From positions 33,728,001-33,792,000 of the forward strand of contig CM059449.1 of NCBI GenBank assembly GCA_030390025.1: DNA of 64,000 bases, read 5' to 3'. How positions within the stretch are numbered: position 1 is the first letter of the stretch; each line of letters opens with the position of its first letter. The translations under genes and the position numbers were made by a program. Below the pieces are notes generated by a model. It was not told the origin of the DNA. It searched no databases and saw only the letters and a list, made by a program, of their open reading frames with translations. Positions 13,691-27,685 of this stretch are shown here, piece after piece. Source of the stretch: Squalus acanthias. Taxonomy: Eukaryota.

Positions 13691-14051
13691 TCAATTTTTC
13701 TCTGTCACAGAGTTCCTCGTTCTCTCTATCTCTTCTTCTCTGTTACTCATCTGATAGTTTGTGAGTGATGTTTAGTTTGCGTCTGATTGGTCAGTTTCGG
13801 GTTGATGTTCAGTTTTGAATGATGGGTCAGTTTGTGTATGATGTGTCAGTTGCTTGGTGATGGGGCTCTTTGGGGTAATATGTCAGTTTGGGAGCGATGG
13901 ATAAGTTATGGGTGATGGGTCAGTTTGGAGTAATTGGTCAGTCTCGTGGTGATGGGTTAGTTTGGTGGTGTTGGGTTAGATTGTGGTTGATGGATTAGAT
14001 TGGGGTGAGAGGTCAGTTTGGGGTGATGAGTCAGTTTGGGGTGATGGGCTA

Positions 14052-15410
14052 TTTTTTTTATATAGTTGTTCATGGGATGGGGCGTCGCTGGCAAGACCAG
14101 CATTTATTGCCCAGCCCTAATTGCCCTTGAGAAGGAGGCAGTGAGCTGCATCCTTGAACCGCTGCAGTCCGTGTGGTGAAGGTACTCCCACAGTGTTGTT
14201 GGGGAGGGAGTGCCAGGACTTGGACCCAGTGACGATGGAGGAACGGCGATATACTTTTAAGTCAGGATGGTGTGTGACTTGAAGGGGAAATTGGAGCTGG
14301 TGGTGTTCCCATGCGTCTGCTGCCCTTGTCCTTCTAGGTGGAAGAGGTCGTGGTTTTGGATGTGGTGCCGAAGAAGCCTCAGCGAGTTAAAGCAGTGCAT
14401 CCAGAAGATGCTACACCCTGCTACCACGGTACGCTGGTGGTGGGGGGAGTGAATGTTTAAGGTGCTGGAATGTCTGCCAATCAAGCGGGCTGCTTTGTGA
14501 TGGATGGTGTCGAGCTTCTTGAGAGTTGTTGGAGCTACACTCATCCAGGCAAGTGGATAGTTTTCCATCACACTCCTTACTTGTGGCTTGTAGATGGTGC
14601 ACAGGATTTGGGGTGTCAGGAGGTGAGACATTCGCTGCGGAATACCTAGCTTCTGACCTGCTCTTGTTGCCACAGTATATATATGGCTGGTCCAGATAAG
14701 TTTCTGGTCAATGGTGACCCCAGGATGTTGATGGTGGGGGATTGGCGATGGTAATGCCGTTGAATGTAAACGCGTGGTGGTTAGACTCTGGCTTTTTGGA
14801 GATAGTCTTTGCCTGGCATTTGTGTGGGGAAATATAACCTGCCAATTATCAGCCCAAGCCTGAAGGTCGTCCATGTCTTGTTGCATGCGGGCATGGACTG
14901 CTTCATTATCTGAGGAGTTGTGAATGGCTCTGATCACTGTGCAGTCATCATCGAACATCCCCATTTCTGACCTTATGTTGGAGGGAAGGTCATTGATGAA
15001 GCAGCAGAAGATGGTACGACCTTGGGCACTACCCTCAGGAACTCCTGCAGCGATATCCTGGGGCTGTGATGATTGGCCTCCAACCACCAGAACCATCTTC
15101 CTTTCTGCTAGGTATGACTCCAGCCAGTGGAGCGTTTTTCCCCCGATTCCCATTGACTTCAGTTTCACTATTGCTTCTTGATGCCACACTCGGTCAAATG
15201 CTGCCGTGATGTCAAGAGTATTCACTCTCACCTCATTTCTGGAATTCAGCTCCTTTGTCCATTTTTGGAGCAAGGCTGTAATGAGGTCGGAACCCGAGTG
15301 GTCTTGTTGGAATCAAAACTGGGCATCAGCGAGCAGGTTATTGGTGAGAAAGTGCTGCTTGAATGCACTATCGAGTACATCTTCCACCACTTCACTGATG
15401 ATTGAGGGCA
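14052..15410 (-). mobile_element. LINE family A 3' fragment (338-aa RT ORF)
   Basis: ORF 14257-15273 with DITAAFDRVWH, GVPEGS and FDDD; poly(A) at 14052. Confidence 0.92.
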
Positions 15411-16196
15411 AAGGATCAGAATAGGGTGAGAGGTCAGTTTGGGGTAATGGGACAGTTTGGGGTGATGTGTTAGTTTGGGGTAATGGTCTGTTTGGGGTGA
15501 TGGGGTTAGTTTGTGGGTGATTGGTCAGCTTAGGGTGATGAACGAGTTTGGGGTGAAGGATCAGTTTGAGATGAGTCGTCAGTTTGGGGTGATGGATCAG
15601 TTTGGAATGATGGGCCAGTATTGGGGTGGTGCGTCCGTTTGGAGTGACTGGCCAATTGACGGTGATAGCCCAGTTTGGGAGAGATGTGCCAGTTTGGGAG
15701 TGATGGTTCAGTTAGGGGTGATGGGTCAGTTTGGGGTGATGGGTAAGTTTGGGGTGAATGTTCTGTTTGAGGTGAGGCGTGAGATTGGGATGATGGATCA
15801 GTTTGTGGGTGAAGAGACAGTTTGAGGTGAGGGGTCAGTTTGGTATGAGTTGTCGGTTTGAGTGAGTTGATCAGTTTGAGTTGATCAGTTAGATTCGGGT
15901 TGAAGGGTCAGCTTTGGATAAGGGTTAAGTGCTGTGAAACTTTGGTGGCGATGGCTCAGTTTGCTGGTGATGGCTCAGTTTTGGGGTTATGGGTCAGTTT
16001 GAGGGTGACGGGTTAGTTTGTGCTTGATGGGTCAGTTTCGGGGAGCGGTCAGTTTGCGGTGATGGATCCGTTTGGGGTTCATGGGGCAGTTTCGGGGTGA
16101 TGCGCAATTTGGGTTTAATAGGTCAGCTTGGGTTGAGGGGTCAGTTTAGTGTGATGGTCAGTATGGGGTTGATGGGTTAGTTTGGGGTGAAGGCTA

Positions 16197-17610
16197 ATTT
16201 TTCTTATTCGTTTATGCGATCAGGGCGTCGTTGGCAATGCCAGCATTTATTGCCCATCCCTAGTTGCTCTTGAGAAGGAGGTGGTGAGCCACCTTCCTGA
16301 ACCGCTGCAGTCCGTGTGGTGATGGTACTGCCACAGTGTTGTTAGGTAGGGAGTTCCAGGATTTTGACACAGCGAGGATGAGGGATCGGCGATATACTTC
16401 TAAGTCAGGATGATGTGTGACTTGGAGGGGAACTTGGAGGTGGTGGTGTTCCCACGCGCCTGCTGCCCTTGTCCTTCTAGGTGGAAGAGGTCGCGGGTTT
16501 GGGAGGTGCTGCCGAAGAAGCCTTGGCGAATTGCTGCAGAACATCTTGTAGCTGGTACACACTGCAGCCACGGCGATGGAAATCCCATTTAATGTCAAGG
16601 GGAGGTGGTTAGACTCTCGCTTGTTGGAGACAGTCATTGCCTGGCACTTCTGTGCTGCAAATGTTACCTGCCACATATCAGCCCAAGCCTGAACGTCGTC
16701 CAGGTTTTGTTGCATGCGGGCATGGACTGCTTTATTAACTGTGGATTTGCGAATGGCGCTGAACACTGTACAATCTTCAGAGAACATCCCCATTTCTGAA
16801 CTTATGTTGGAAAGAAGGTCATTCATGAAGCAGCTGAAGATGGTTGGGCCTAGGACACTGCGCCGAGGAACTCCTGCAGCGATGTCCTGAGGCTGTGATA
16901 ATTGACCTTCAACCACCACAACTATCTCCCTTTTGTGCAAGGTATGGCTCAAGCCAGTGGAGAGTTCTCCCCCTGATTCCCATTGACTTCAGTTTTACTA
17001 GGGCTGCTTGATGCCAGACTCGGTCAAATGCTGCCTTGATGTCAAGGGCAGTCACTCTCACCTCACCTCTGGAATTCAGCTCCTTTGTCCATGTTTGGAC
17101 CAAGGCTGTAATGAGGTCGGGAGCCGAGTGGTCTTGTCGGAAAACAAACTGGGCATCAGTGAGCAGGTTATTGGTGAGTAAGTGCCGCTTGATAGCACTG
17201 TCGATGACACCTTCCATCACTTTGCTAATGATTGAGGGTAGACTGATGGGGTAGTAATTGGGCGGTTTGGATTTGTTCTGCTTTTTGTGGACAGGGCATA
17301 CCTGGACAGTTTTCCACATTGTCGTACAGATGCCAGTGTTGTAGCAGTACTGAAACAGCTTGGCTAGAGGCGTGGCTTGTTCTGGAGCACAAAACTTCAG
17401 CACGATAGCCGGGATGGTGTCGGGGCCCACAGCCTTTGCTGTATCCAGTGCGCTCAGCCGTTTCTTGATATCACGTGGAGTGAAGCGAATTGGCGAAGAA
17501 TGGCTTCTGTGTTGGTGGGGACCTCGGGAGTAGGCCGATTTGGATCATCCACTCGGCACTTCTGGCTGAAGTTGTTTGCAAAAGCCTTGTCTTTTGCACT
17601 CACGTGCTGG
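16197..17610 (-). mobile_element. LINE family A 3' fragment with internal deletion
   Basis: ORFs 16909-17430 and 16260-16952 carry RT motifs, with a deletion near 16575. Confidence 0.92.
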
Positions 17611-18234
17611 GGAGGTGGTCAGTTTGGGGTGATGGTCAGTTGGGGTTCATAGGCCAGTTTGGGGTGAGGGCTCAGTTGGGCTGGTCAGTTTGGTGACTGC
17701 TCAGTATGAGGTGCTGGTCCGTTTGGGGTGATGGTCAGTTGGGTGTCATCAGTTTGGGGTGAAGGCTCAGTTTGCGGTGATGGTCAGTTTAGGGTGCGTG
17801 ATCAGTTTGGGGCTGATAGGTCAGTTTGGGGGTGAGGGCTCAGTTTGTGATGATGGTCAGTTTGTGGGTGATGGGTCAGTTTGGATGATGGGTAAGCCTG
17901 GGAGTTATGGGAAAGTTTGAGAGTGCTGGTCAGTTTTGATATGACATATCAGGTTGGGAGTGATGGGTCATTTTGAAGTACCTCTGTTATATTTGGAGGG
18001 ATGCAATTGGGAGCAATTTTAACTTGGGGCGATTTTGAAAATTGTCGATACCGAATTTGACCGGCTTTATAAAGCACGCCTGATTCTCTTGCCCATTTAA
18101 TTCAATGGAAGGTAAAATTGGGGAGGCGGGGTGGGGGTTGGGGGGAGGGGGGTGCATTTTGGTCGTGTAATTTGATGCCGCCTCTTTTTCAGTATTTCCC
18201 AAAATTAAATCCCCATTTTCTAACATGGTGCAGC

Positions 18235-18930
18235 TATTTAACTTAATTACATGATGCGTTATTGGAGTCAGGGGACGCTTTTTCATATTTTTCAACTCAT
18301 CTCTGAATTTACTCTGGAAACTCTATCAATAAAAGTGTTTGTGCAGCAACTCAAAGTCCAATGAATATATCCAGCTAGTTTTATGACGGGGAATGAGTCG
18401 CTATAATTTGCTGCTAAAAATGGAGAATCTGTAAATTGGACACATACATAAGATTCGAATTTTACCATCGATAAAAGGTATTTATGTCTGATATGGTGAG
18501 AAATAAAAACATACATTTTCTTCGATTCTCCATCACTGGATCATTGTGATTCTCACTCTTCTCGTTTCCTCGGAGACCGTTTCTCATTCTGGTTGCAAGT
18601 GCAATGTGTCTGATTAGCAGAGCATTCAGCAGTAAAATCAAAACCAATGGATCTAATGGGGTTAAAATAGATTCCTACCACAAAATTCTACCCATATAGT
18701 TAAGCTATAGAAGCTTTATATTACATAGCAAGAGCATGTTGCTTTCTCCATTGTTTCACGAAGTTCATATACAAAGTAAATTGTAATACTTCATGAAACG
18801 CTCATGGAACGCATCGCCGCTTTAACCACAGCCCCAGCGTCTTCAGTGCAGTATATTGTTGGCAACTTTTGGCAACAAATGGCCCAACCCGATCAAAGAT
18901 GAAACTGACAGTTAACCAGACAGAACCACC
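18235..18930 (-). pseudogene. GPR139-like GPCR exon 2 remnant (TM3-TM7 and C-tail)
   Basis: SVWLTVSFIFDR, AICCQKLPTIYCTE, ILTPLDPLVLILLLNALLIRHI, NDPVMENRRK, LSCCTNTFI and SKFRDELK, with several stops and frameshifts. The 5' part of the exon is replaced by a CR1 insertion at 18937. Confidence 0.88.
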
Positions 18931-18936
18931 GACATG

Positions 18937-21900
18937 AGGATTACATAGGGATACATAGGATATACGGAAGAGAAACAGGCTATTCGGCCGAACCAGTCCA
19001 TGCTGGCATTTATGCTCCACTCGAGCCACCTCCTGTCTTTCCTCATCTAAATCTCTCAGCATAACCCTCTATTCCATTCTCCCTCATATGCTTGTCTAGC
19101 CCCCCTCTTAAATGCATCTATACTTTGCGAATCAACCACTCCCTGTGGTAGCGAGTTCCACATTCTCTCCACTCTTTGGGTAAAGAAGTTTCTTTTGAAT
19201 TCCGTATTGGATTTCTTGGTGACTATCTTATTTTGATGGGCTCTAGTTATGATATTTCCCACAAGTGGAAACATTATCTCTGTATCCACTCTATCAAAAC
19301 TTTTCATAATTTAAAGACCTCTATTAGGTCACCCCTCAGCCTTATTTTTTCAAGTGTAAGGAGACCCAACCTGTTCATCCTTTCCTGATAGGTATACCAT
19401 CGCATGCTGGTATCGTCCTTGTAAATCTTCTCTTTACCCTCTCCAGTGCCTCTATATCTTTTTATAATATGGCGACCAGAACTGTATGCAGTACTCTAAG
19501 TGTGGTCTAACCGAGGTTCGATACAGGTTTAGCATAACTTTCCTACTTTTCAATTCTATCCCTCTAGAAATATACCCAAGTGCTTGGTTTGCTACTTTAT
19601 GGCCTTGCTAACCTATGGCGCAACTTTTAATGATTTGTGTATTTGTTCTCCGAGAACCTTTGTTACTCTACTCCACCGAGACTCGCACCCTCCAAGTAAG
19701 AAGTGACTTCCCTACTCTTCCTAACACAATCTAATACCTTACATTTAACTGTGTTGCACTTCATTTGCCAATTATATTCCGATTCTGCAAGTTTATAAAT
19801 GTCCTCCGGTAATTTGTTGCAGTCCTCCTCAGTATTCACTATACTTCCCCCCTCCCTCAATTTGGTGTCATCCGCAAAGTTATAAAATGTGTTTTTGAAT
19901 CCAAAGTCTAAATCGTTAATATGTATTGTGACAAATGGTGGTTCCAACACTGATCCTTGTGGTACACCACAACCCACCTTCTGTCATTGTGAATAGCTAC
20001 CTTTTACCCTGCTCTCTGCTTTCTGTCTTGAAGCCAGCTAGCTATCCATTATGCTACTTTTCCCCTGACTCCGCATTCTCTGACTTTGTTCATCAGTCAA
20101 TCACGGGGTAACCTATCGAAGGCCTTTCGAAAATCTAGATAAATTACATCTGCTGCATTACCATTGTCTACTGTCTCTGTTACCTGTTCTAAAAAATTCA
20201 ATGAAGTTGGTCAGGCAAGACTTTCCCTTTTGAAATCCATGCTGACTATTGATTACTATGTTTTTGGTTTCTATATGTTCATCTATTTTCCCCTTTAGTA
20301 GGGATATCATTAATTTTTCTACCACCGATGTTAAGTTGACTGGTCTATAATTCCCTGGACATGTTCTATCCCCCTTCTTAAATATTGGTATTACGTTCGC
20401 TATCCGCCAGTCCTCTGGCACTACACCTTGTTTTAACGAATTATTAAATATGTGTAGTAATGCCTCTGTTATCTCTTCCCTAGATTCTTTAAAAAAATGT
20501 GTGGATGCAATCCATCCAGACCGGGGGTTTTATCCTCTTTGAGTTTGTTCAGCTTATACAATATATCCCCTCTATTTATTCTAACTGCACTTATCTCATT
20601 ACTAATCTCATCATCCAACGTCATGTTAATCTGTTCTATCTCCCATGTAAAAACTGCAGCAAAATAATTATTTAATATTTCTGCCAGCTCTCTATCGTTA
20701 CAGGTGCTATTAACCTGTCTATCCCTTCATGGCTCTATTAACATTGCAAGATTCTTTTTTATTCACGAGCATATAAAATATTTTACTATTTTGTTTTATG
20801 TTCCTTGATAATTTAGTTTCATAGTTCCTCTTTGCCTTCCTATTTTTTTTACTTCTTTCCTAATCTCTTCATGTCCTCCCTTATCGTGCACTCCCCTGCT
20901 GTCTATGTACTTATTTTATGCCTCTTTCCTTACCCTCAATTGTTCCCTTCAGGCTTTATTCATCCATTAAATCGCAATAGTGTTTCGCTTGTTCTTTTCT
21001 TTTAGCAGAACATATTGTTCCTGCACTCTGTTGAACACCATTTTAAATGTTTCCCATTGCTGTTCTACATCGTTGTTTTCCAATATTGTTGCACATTTTA
21101 TTTTCCCAAGTTCTATTCTCTGCCCCTCAAAATCAGCTTTACTCCAATCTATTACCTTGGTTTTTCATCATACTTATATCCTTCTCAATTATCATCTTAA
21201 AGCGAATTATATTATGGTCACTATTACAAAGGTTTTCCCCAATTTTTACTTCTCTTGTATGCTCTGGTTCATTCCCCATTACTAGATCCAATAACAAATC
21301 CTCCCTTTTGGGCTTTTTGCATATTGGGTTCGAAAGGAGTGCTGTACACATTGTAGGAACTCCATTTCATCATCCCCTTTACCTACCAATTCAGTACAAT
21401 TAATATGGGGTAATTGAAATCTCCCATGATTATTATTCTATGTTTTTTAATCATTTCCCTAATTTGTCCGCATATTTCTTCCTCCACCTCCCTTCCACTA
21501 TTTGCTGGTCTGTAGATTACATCTATTAGTGTGATTGATCCTTTATTATCTTTTTTCTCCATCCATATGGATTCTAATTTGTCTTTCTGATAGCTGCGTC
21601 ACTTTTTTTCTACTGACATTATGTTATCCCTAATAAGTACAGCTACTCCATCTCCCTTTTTTCGCTCTCTATCTTTTCTAAATATGTTATACCCTGCAAT
21701 TTTTAATTCCCAGTCCTAATTTTTCTGTAGGCATGTCTCAGTAATCCCTACTATGTCTGGTTCTTCGCAACGCATGATTGCCTCCAGCTCCCACATTTTA
21801 TTACGGACACTGTGCGCATCGCTGTACAGACTATTTAACTCCTTTTTAATAGGATTTCCTTTATGTTCAACGATCTTTTTAGGCTCCTGATCTATAAGTC

Positions 21901-22880
21901 TATTTATTCCCTTGCCGCCAAAGTCCTCCCTTACTTTATTCTTTCCTATGCTCTCTTTTCCTGCTTTGTTTACAATTAGGCTGGTTACGTTTCTTGGAGA
22001 TCTCTCCCCCATATTGCTAGTTTAAAGCCTTTTCTACCTTACTATTTACACTTTCTGCTAGGACACAGGTTCCATCCCAGTTCAGGTGGAGCCTGTCCCA
22101 TCGATACAGCTCCTTCCTGTCCCAGAACTGGTGCCAGTATCCCATGAAAAGGAACCGCTCTTTCCCACACCAGCCTTTAGGCACGTGTTATTTCTCCTGA
22201 TCTATCTGCTTCTATGCCAATTTGCATGTGGCTCGGGCAATAATCCAGAGATTATTGCCCTTCTGGTCCTGCTTTTTAATTTAGAGCCCAGCTCCTTATA
22301 CTCTTTCAGCAGGACCTCCGCCCTGTTCGTACCTACGCCGTTTGTTCCAACATGGATCACGACAAATGGATTTAACCCATCCCTTTCCAAGTTCCTCTCC
22401 AGACGCCATGAGATATCCCTTACCCTGGCAACATACCCTTCGTGATTCTCGTTCTTGGCTGCAGAGGGCGCTATCTATCCCCCTAATTATAGAGTCCCTA
22501 TCACTACCACATTTCTATTTTGTTCTTCCTCCCCTTGGACAGCTTTCGGAGCCACGGTGCCTTGGTCTGCATTGTAGCTTTCCTCCCTGCAGTCTTTCTC
22601 CTTGTCCTCACAGGTAGTGAGTGCTTCGTACCTGTTGGACAGGACCAGTTACTTTGGGACCACCTTGTAAAACACTCCAACTCCCCGCTACCCAGCTCCC
22701 GAGCAGTCACACCCTTCCCTTGATGAACCTATGCTTTCCTCTGGATTGTGACTGCATTCTGTATAAAACTGTCCAGAAATTCCTCCCTCTCCCTCATGTG
22801 TCGGAGTTTCTTCAACTCGCACTCCAGCTCAATGACTCTGAGGCGGAGAGATTTTAGAAGGAGATATCTCCTGCAGAGGA
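18937..22880 (-). mobile_element. Near full-length decayed CR1 LINE
   Basis: ORF1 (IHVGTNGVG), endonuclease (GITETC, SDHNIIRF) and RT (PEDWRIANVIPIFKKG, GVPQGSVL, FADD), with a short tandem-repeat 3' tail at about 18940. Confidence 0.92.
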
Positions 22881-22940
22881 TTCCCGAAAGTTGCAAACTG
22901 AGGTCGATGATCCCATTCAGGGCGACGATTTCAGGTATTG

Positions 22941-24672
22941 AGTGCAAAAGACAAGGCTGAAGCTTTTGCAACCTCTTCATCCAGATGTGCCGAGAGGGTG
23001 ATCCTTATCGGGCAACTCCTGCGGTCCCCACCATCACAGAACCCAGTTTTCAATCAATTCGATTCACTCCATGTGATATCAAGAAACTGCTGAGTGCACT
23101 GTTTACAGCAGAGGGTATGGGCCCTGAGAACATCCTGGCTATCGTGCTGAAGACTTGTGCTCCAGAACTAGCTGCGCCTCTAGCCAAGCTGTTCCAGTAC
23201 AGCTACAACACTCGCATCTATCCGACAATATGGAAAACTGCCCAGGCTTGTCCTGTCCACAAAAAGCAGGACAAATCCAATCAGACCAATTACTGCCCCA
23301 TCAGTCTACTCTCAATCATCAGCAAAGTGATGGAAGGTGTCATCGACAGTGCTATCAAGCGGCACTGACTCACCAATAACGTGCTCACTGATGGTCACTT
23401 TGGGTTCCGCCAAGACCACTCGGCTGCCGACCTCATTACAGCTTTGGTCCAAACATGGACAAAGGAGCTGAATTCCAGAGATGATGTGCGAGTGACTGCC
23501 CTTCACATCAAGGCAGCATTTAACCAAGTGTGGCATGAAGAAACCCTAGTAAAACTGAAGTCAATGGGAATCGGGAGTAAAACACAACACTGGCTGGAGT
23601 CATACCTAGCTCAAAGTAAGATGGTTGTGGTGATTGAATGTCAATCATCGCAGCCCCAGGACATCGCTGCAGGTGTTCCTCAGGGCAGTGTCATAGGCTC
23701 AACCATCTTCAGCTGCTTCATCAACGAACATCCCTCCAACATCAGGTCAGAAATGGGGATGTTTGCATATGATTACACAGTGTTCAGTGCCATTCAGAAC
23801 TCCTCAGATAATAATGCAGTCCATGCCCGCATGCAACGAGACCTGGACGACGTTCAGGCTTGGGATGATAAGTGGCAGGTAACATTCGCGCCACAGAAGT
23901 GCCAGGCAATGACTATCTCAAACACGCGAGAGTCTAAACACCGCCCCTTGACATTCAATGTCATTACCATCGCCAATCCCCCATCATCAACAACCTGGAA
24001 GTCAACATTGACCAGAAACTTAACTGGACCAGCCACATAAATACTGTGGCAACAAGAGCAGGTCAGAGGCTGGGTATTCTGCTGCGACTGTCTCACCTCC
24101 TGACTCCCCAAAGGCTTTCTACCATCTACAAGGCTTAACTAAGGACTGTGATGGAATACTCACCACTTGCCCGAATGAGTGCAGCTCCAACATCACTCAA
24201 GAAGCTCTACACCATCCAGGACAAAGCAGCCCGCTTGATTGGCACCCCATCCACCACTTTAAAGATCCACTCCCTCCACTACCGGCGAACCGTGGCTGCA
24301 GTGTGTACCATCTACAAGATGCACTGCAGCAACTCGCCAAGGCTTCTTCGGCAGCACCTCCCAAACCCCCGACCTCTTCCACCTCGAAGAACAAGGGCAG
24401 CAGACGCATGGGAACACCAGCACCTCCAAGTTCCCCTCCAAGTCACACATCATCCTGACTTAGAAGTAAACCGCCGATCCTTCATCGTTGCTCGGTCAAA
24501 ATCCTGGAGCACCCTCCCTATCAGCACTGTGGGAGCGTCTTCACCAGAAGGACTGCAGCGATTGAATAAGGCGGCTCACCAGTTCCTTCTCAAGGGCAAT
24601 TAGGGATGGGCAATTAATGCTGGCTTTGCCAGCGCCGCCCACATCCCGTAAAAACGAATAAAAAAAAGAAAA
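22941..24672 (+). mobile_element. LINE family A, 5'-truncated, with poly(A) tail
   Basis: RT ORFs 22985-24603. Inserted into duplicated flank sequence that continues on both sides. Confidence 0.92.
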
Positions 24673-25319
24673 ATTACAATCCGTCTCAGCTCCCTTCGAT
24701 TATTTTAGGAAATTGTCTCCGCTTCCCTCTCCGAATTGATATTAGTGGCCCCTCATAAAGTGTATATGTTGGGAAAGTTTGATGGGATTTGTTATCTGTG
24801 ATTCTGTAACAAAATGATTTTTTTTTTCGTTTTAAGTTGCATGATTTGAAATAGGAAGGGTAATATGACTTATACATAGATTGAGCAAACAGCATCATTA
24901 TGAAAATTCCATTGATGACATGCCAGTGATGACATTAACTTTGCAGATCTGTCAGTCTGAGCGAAATGAAACATCGCATCTGATGGGATTTCTTTTCTTT
25001 ACTTTCTTTTGCCTTGGTTTGGAAACAAATTAAGGGAAAAATTACGTTTAGTGAAGAGAACGGCATAGTTGTAAAGCCAATGCATATGGACTGAGAACCA
25101 GTGTAGTTGGCGGACTTAAGCTCTCTAATTGTGGATCAATTCAGGCAACTTTTTGTGGAAGGAGCCAATACATTTAACATTGCCTCACTAGCTAGGGGTC
25201 AGTTGACCTCCCGTTTTGTTGACTTCAAGGCAATTTCTTTAGCTGGATTAATTTCACTGTAACAGCACTGTGAGGTTTGCCTTGTCTTTAATGCTGACTG
25301 GAGATCTAAACTTTGGGTT

Positions 25320-25735
25320 TACATAGAATTACATAGAATACACAGCACAGAAATAGGCTATTCGGTCGGACCAGTACATGCCGGCATTAAAGCTCCACTC
25401 GCGCCTCCTCTCACCCTTCTTCATCTCAGTCTATCAGCATAACCCTCTATAACCTTCTCCCTCATATGCTTATCTCGCTGTCCCTGAAATGCAGCTATAC
25501 TATTCGCCTCAACTACTCCCTGTGACAACGAGTTCCGTATTATTACCACTCTCTGGGTAAAGAAGATTCTTCTGAATTACCTATTTGATTTCTTAGTGAC
25601 TATCTTATGATGACGGCCTTTAATTTTGCTCTTCCCCACAGTGGAAACACACACTCTCTCTCTCTGTCCACTCTATCAAAACGTTTCATAATTTCAAAGA
25701 CCTCTGTTATGTAATCACTCAGCCTTCTCTTTACA
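25320..25735 (-). mobile_element. CR1 3' fragment
   Basis: acatagaattacatagaata tail and CR1 3' UTR. A shorter homolog lies at 4080-4210. Confidence 0.8.
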
Positions 25736-27081
25736 ATTTACGGGGCTAAATAAGGTAATTTTTACCTTATAAATGAGTGATTTTTTTTTTACTTTTTTGA
25801 ACTGTTATGCTGGTAAAAGCAGGCATTACGCCTGGTTTTACCAGGAGTAAGATTTTTAACGGTTTTCAGCGGGTGGAAGTTCTGCAGAAAGCGGAACTCT
25901 CGAACTGCAGGGGCCCTTCGCCCGGACAGGCGGAGGACCTGTCAAGAGGATTCCTGACAGAACGGAAGTGTCGGTTTTCAGCGCATGCGCTTGGCATGCC
26001 TGAAACCGGCACTTTCGAGGTCCCTACGGGTGTGTACAAAACCCGTACGCACCCGTCGGCATCGGAAAATACGGGCCAATAAAGCGCACAGTTTCAGAAT
26101 AAAGCACATCAGGTTTCTCAATAAGCTCCATTACTATTTAGTTGCCTGAGATCAATGACCTCGCCTGGCACCAACATATACGCCCACAACTCATTGATCC
26201 AGTCCCACCTCGGAATATTAGTGTCAATGGGGCGTGAAATTGGTCTTAGGCAGTGGCGTAAACCTGGCGATAGCGAATTTGCAGCCAATGTAACCAAATT
26301 ACATTTCCATTGTCTCCCCCGCACCACTCTGCGCTCCACCAAGATGAGGCAAAACGACCAGGTGGTAAAGACCAACATCTACACTATAGTCTATAGATAT
26401 GGTATAAATATACGGAAAAGTTAGAGTTGCGCCAAAAATGAATTCTACACACAAGAAAAGCCAGATGAGGTTCGGCTTTCAGCCTTGTTTACACGCTGCT
26501 GGTCAGATGCATGCGCCAGAAGGGCGCCCGGAGCAGCTCCCGGTTGGAAAGTGCAAGGAATCAGTCGGCTCCGATGCTAATCTGACAGCTAGTTAGGTCT
26601 GCAGGCGGGATACAATCCCAGGGAGGCTACAATACGTCAGCAGTGCACCAGCATGTTTTTGTTGGCGCTGGAGGCTCTCTTCTGTTTCTCCTGGGTTCAC
26701 AAAAATATAACAAAAAATTTCCTTTGCCTTTGCTGAAGTAGCCTCCGGGAATCTCTTTAAGAATTGTTGGTTTGGCTACTCGATCCGATATTGGCACTTG
26801 GAGCAGGCACAGAACTAAAAGAAAATCTATCAAGGCCGATACATCCCCAATAAATTGCTGAAATTAAATAGTCAGAGTAAACGGTGATTCCTCTCAGGTT
26901 GTTACATTAACAAAATGACAGAAACTTGGAGCCTTTTGAGTTATTTCTTTGATGCCGGTAATCAGTCTCTGCAAATCAAACACATCAAAGCAAACAGATA
27001 ATATCTTTACACCGACAGCAGGAACAGTGACACAGTGACGCACTGTTAAAGATGAGAATTAGCTAATTATAAGCGGCTTAC

Positions 27082-27151
27082 CAGGAACACCGACTATTGC
27101 AAGGATAGGATAGTAAATGTTCTCTATCTGTATGATCACCGGCTGTCCCAT
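27082..27151 (-). pseudogene. GPR139-like GPCR exon 1 (MGQPVIIQIENIYYPILAIVGVP), intact exon of a disrupted gene
   Basis: ATG at 27151, 23 codons plus G|gtaagc donor. The YYPILAxVGVP-intron motif is typical of GPR139/142-type first exons. TATA-like TATAAGTA at 27221-27228 on minus. Confidence 0.85.
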
Positions 27152-27685
27152 ATTCGGAGAGAAGCGACGTTGCCTGTAACTGTTATGGACAGGCAGATCT
27201 TTGCTTTCAAATTAAGGTCTTACTTATACCTGAGAGAAACCTCAAGTGACACATGAGCATTACACAATAATTCCCATTAGTTACAATCATTTGAACAAAC
27301 ACTGATCAGAGATATTTTGCAATGACTTTGCCCGTTAAAAGACTGAGGACTCTAGAATATTATTGTCATCATACGTTTCAAACAAAATATTTCAACATCT
27401 CCATTACTGCTGTCATGGTACAAGACTCCTGAAGATGAAGATATATATTATAGACACATGCAAGGCATTTGATGGAATAAATGCGCATATTTTGATGGAT
27501 TGGCATTCTCTAGACCTTAGTTACATCAAGAATGTTCTCTATCTTCTTTAATTTATGCTATATATATAATTCGTATTAAGTGGGCTCAATGCTTCAGGTG
27601 AGATTGAAGAACATTCAGATACACACAGAACGTGATATAATCGGTTGTATACAGCTGAGCAGCTCCACAGTTATGCAGCAATGTT

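Larger units (their letters stand above)
13770..17975. repeat. G/T-rich minisatellite, unit about GGTCAGTTTGGGGTGATG (18-20 bp), in three blocks: 13770-14050, 15410-16196, 17610-17975
   Basis: Dozens of degenerate tandem units, split by two LINE family A insertions. Confidence 0.9.

Noticed and set aside
14257-15273. Longest ORF (338 aa) as a functional reverse transcriptase
   Set aside because: 5'-truncated LINE fragment with degenerate motifs (FDDD, GVPEGSAQGR) and internal frame switches.
15511-15825. 104-aa GVMGQF-repeat ORF
   Set aside because: Translation of the minisatellite.
26590-26700. ITIM-like LTYCSL / LAYCSL on minus in both copies of block A (also 6385-6500), after an AG
   Set aside because: The block lies in the intron position behind GPR139-like exon 1, the shared motif is explained by DNA duplication, and no receptor ectodomain or TM exon supports it.
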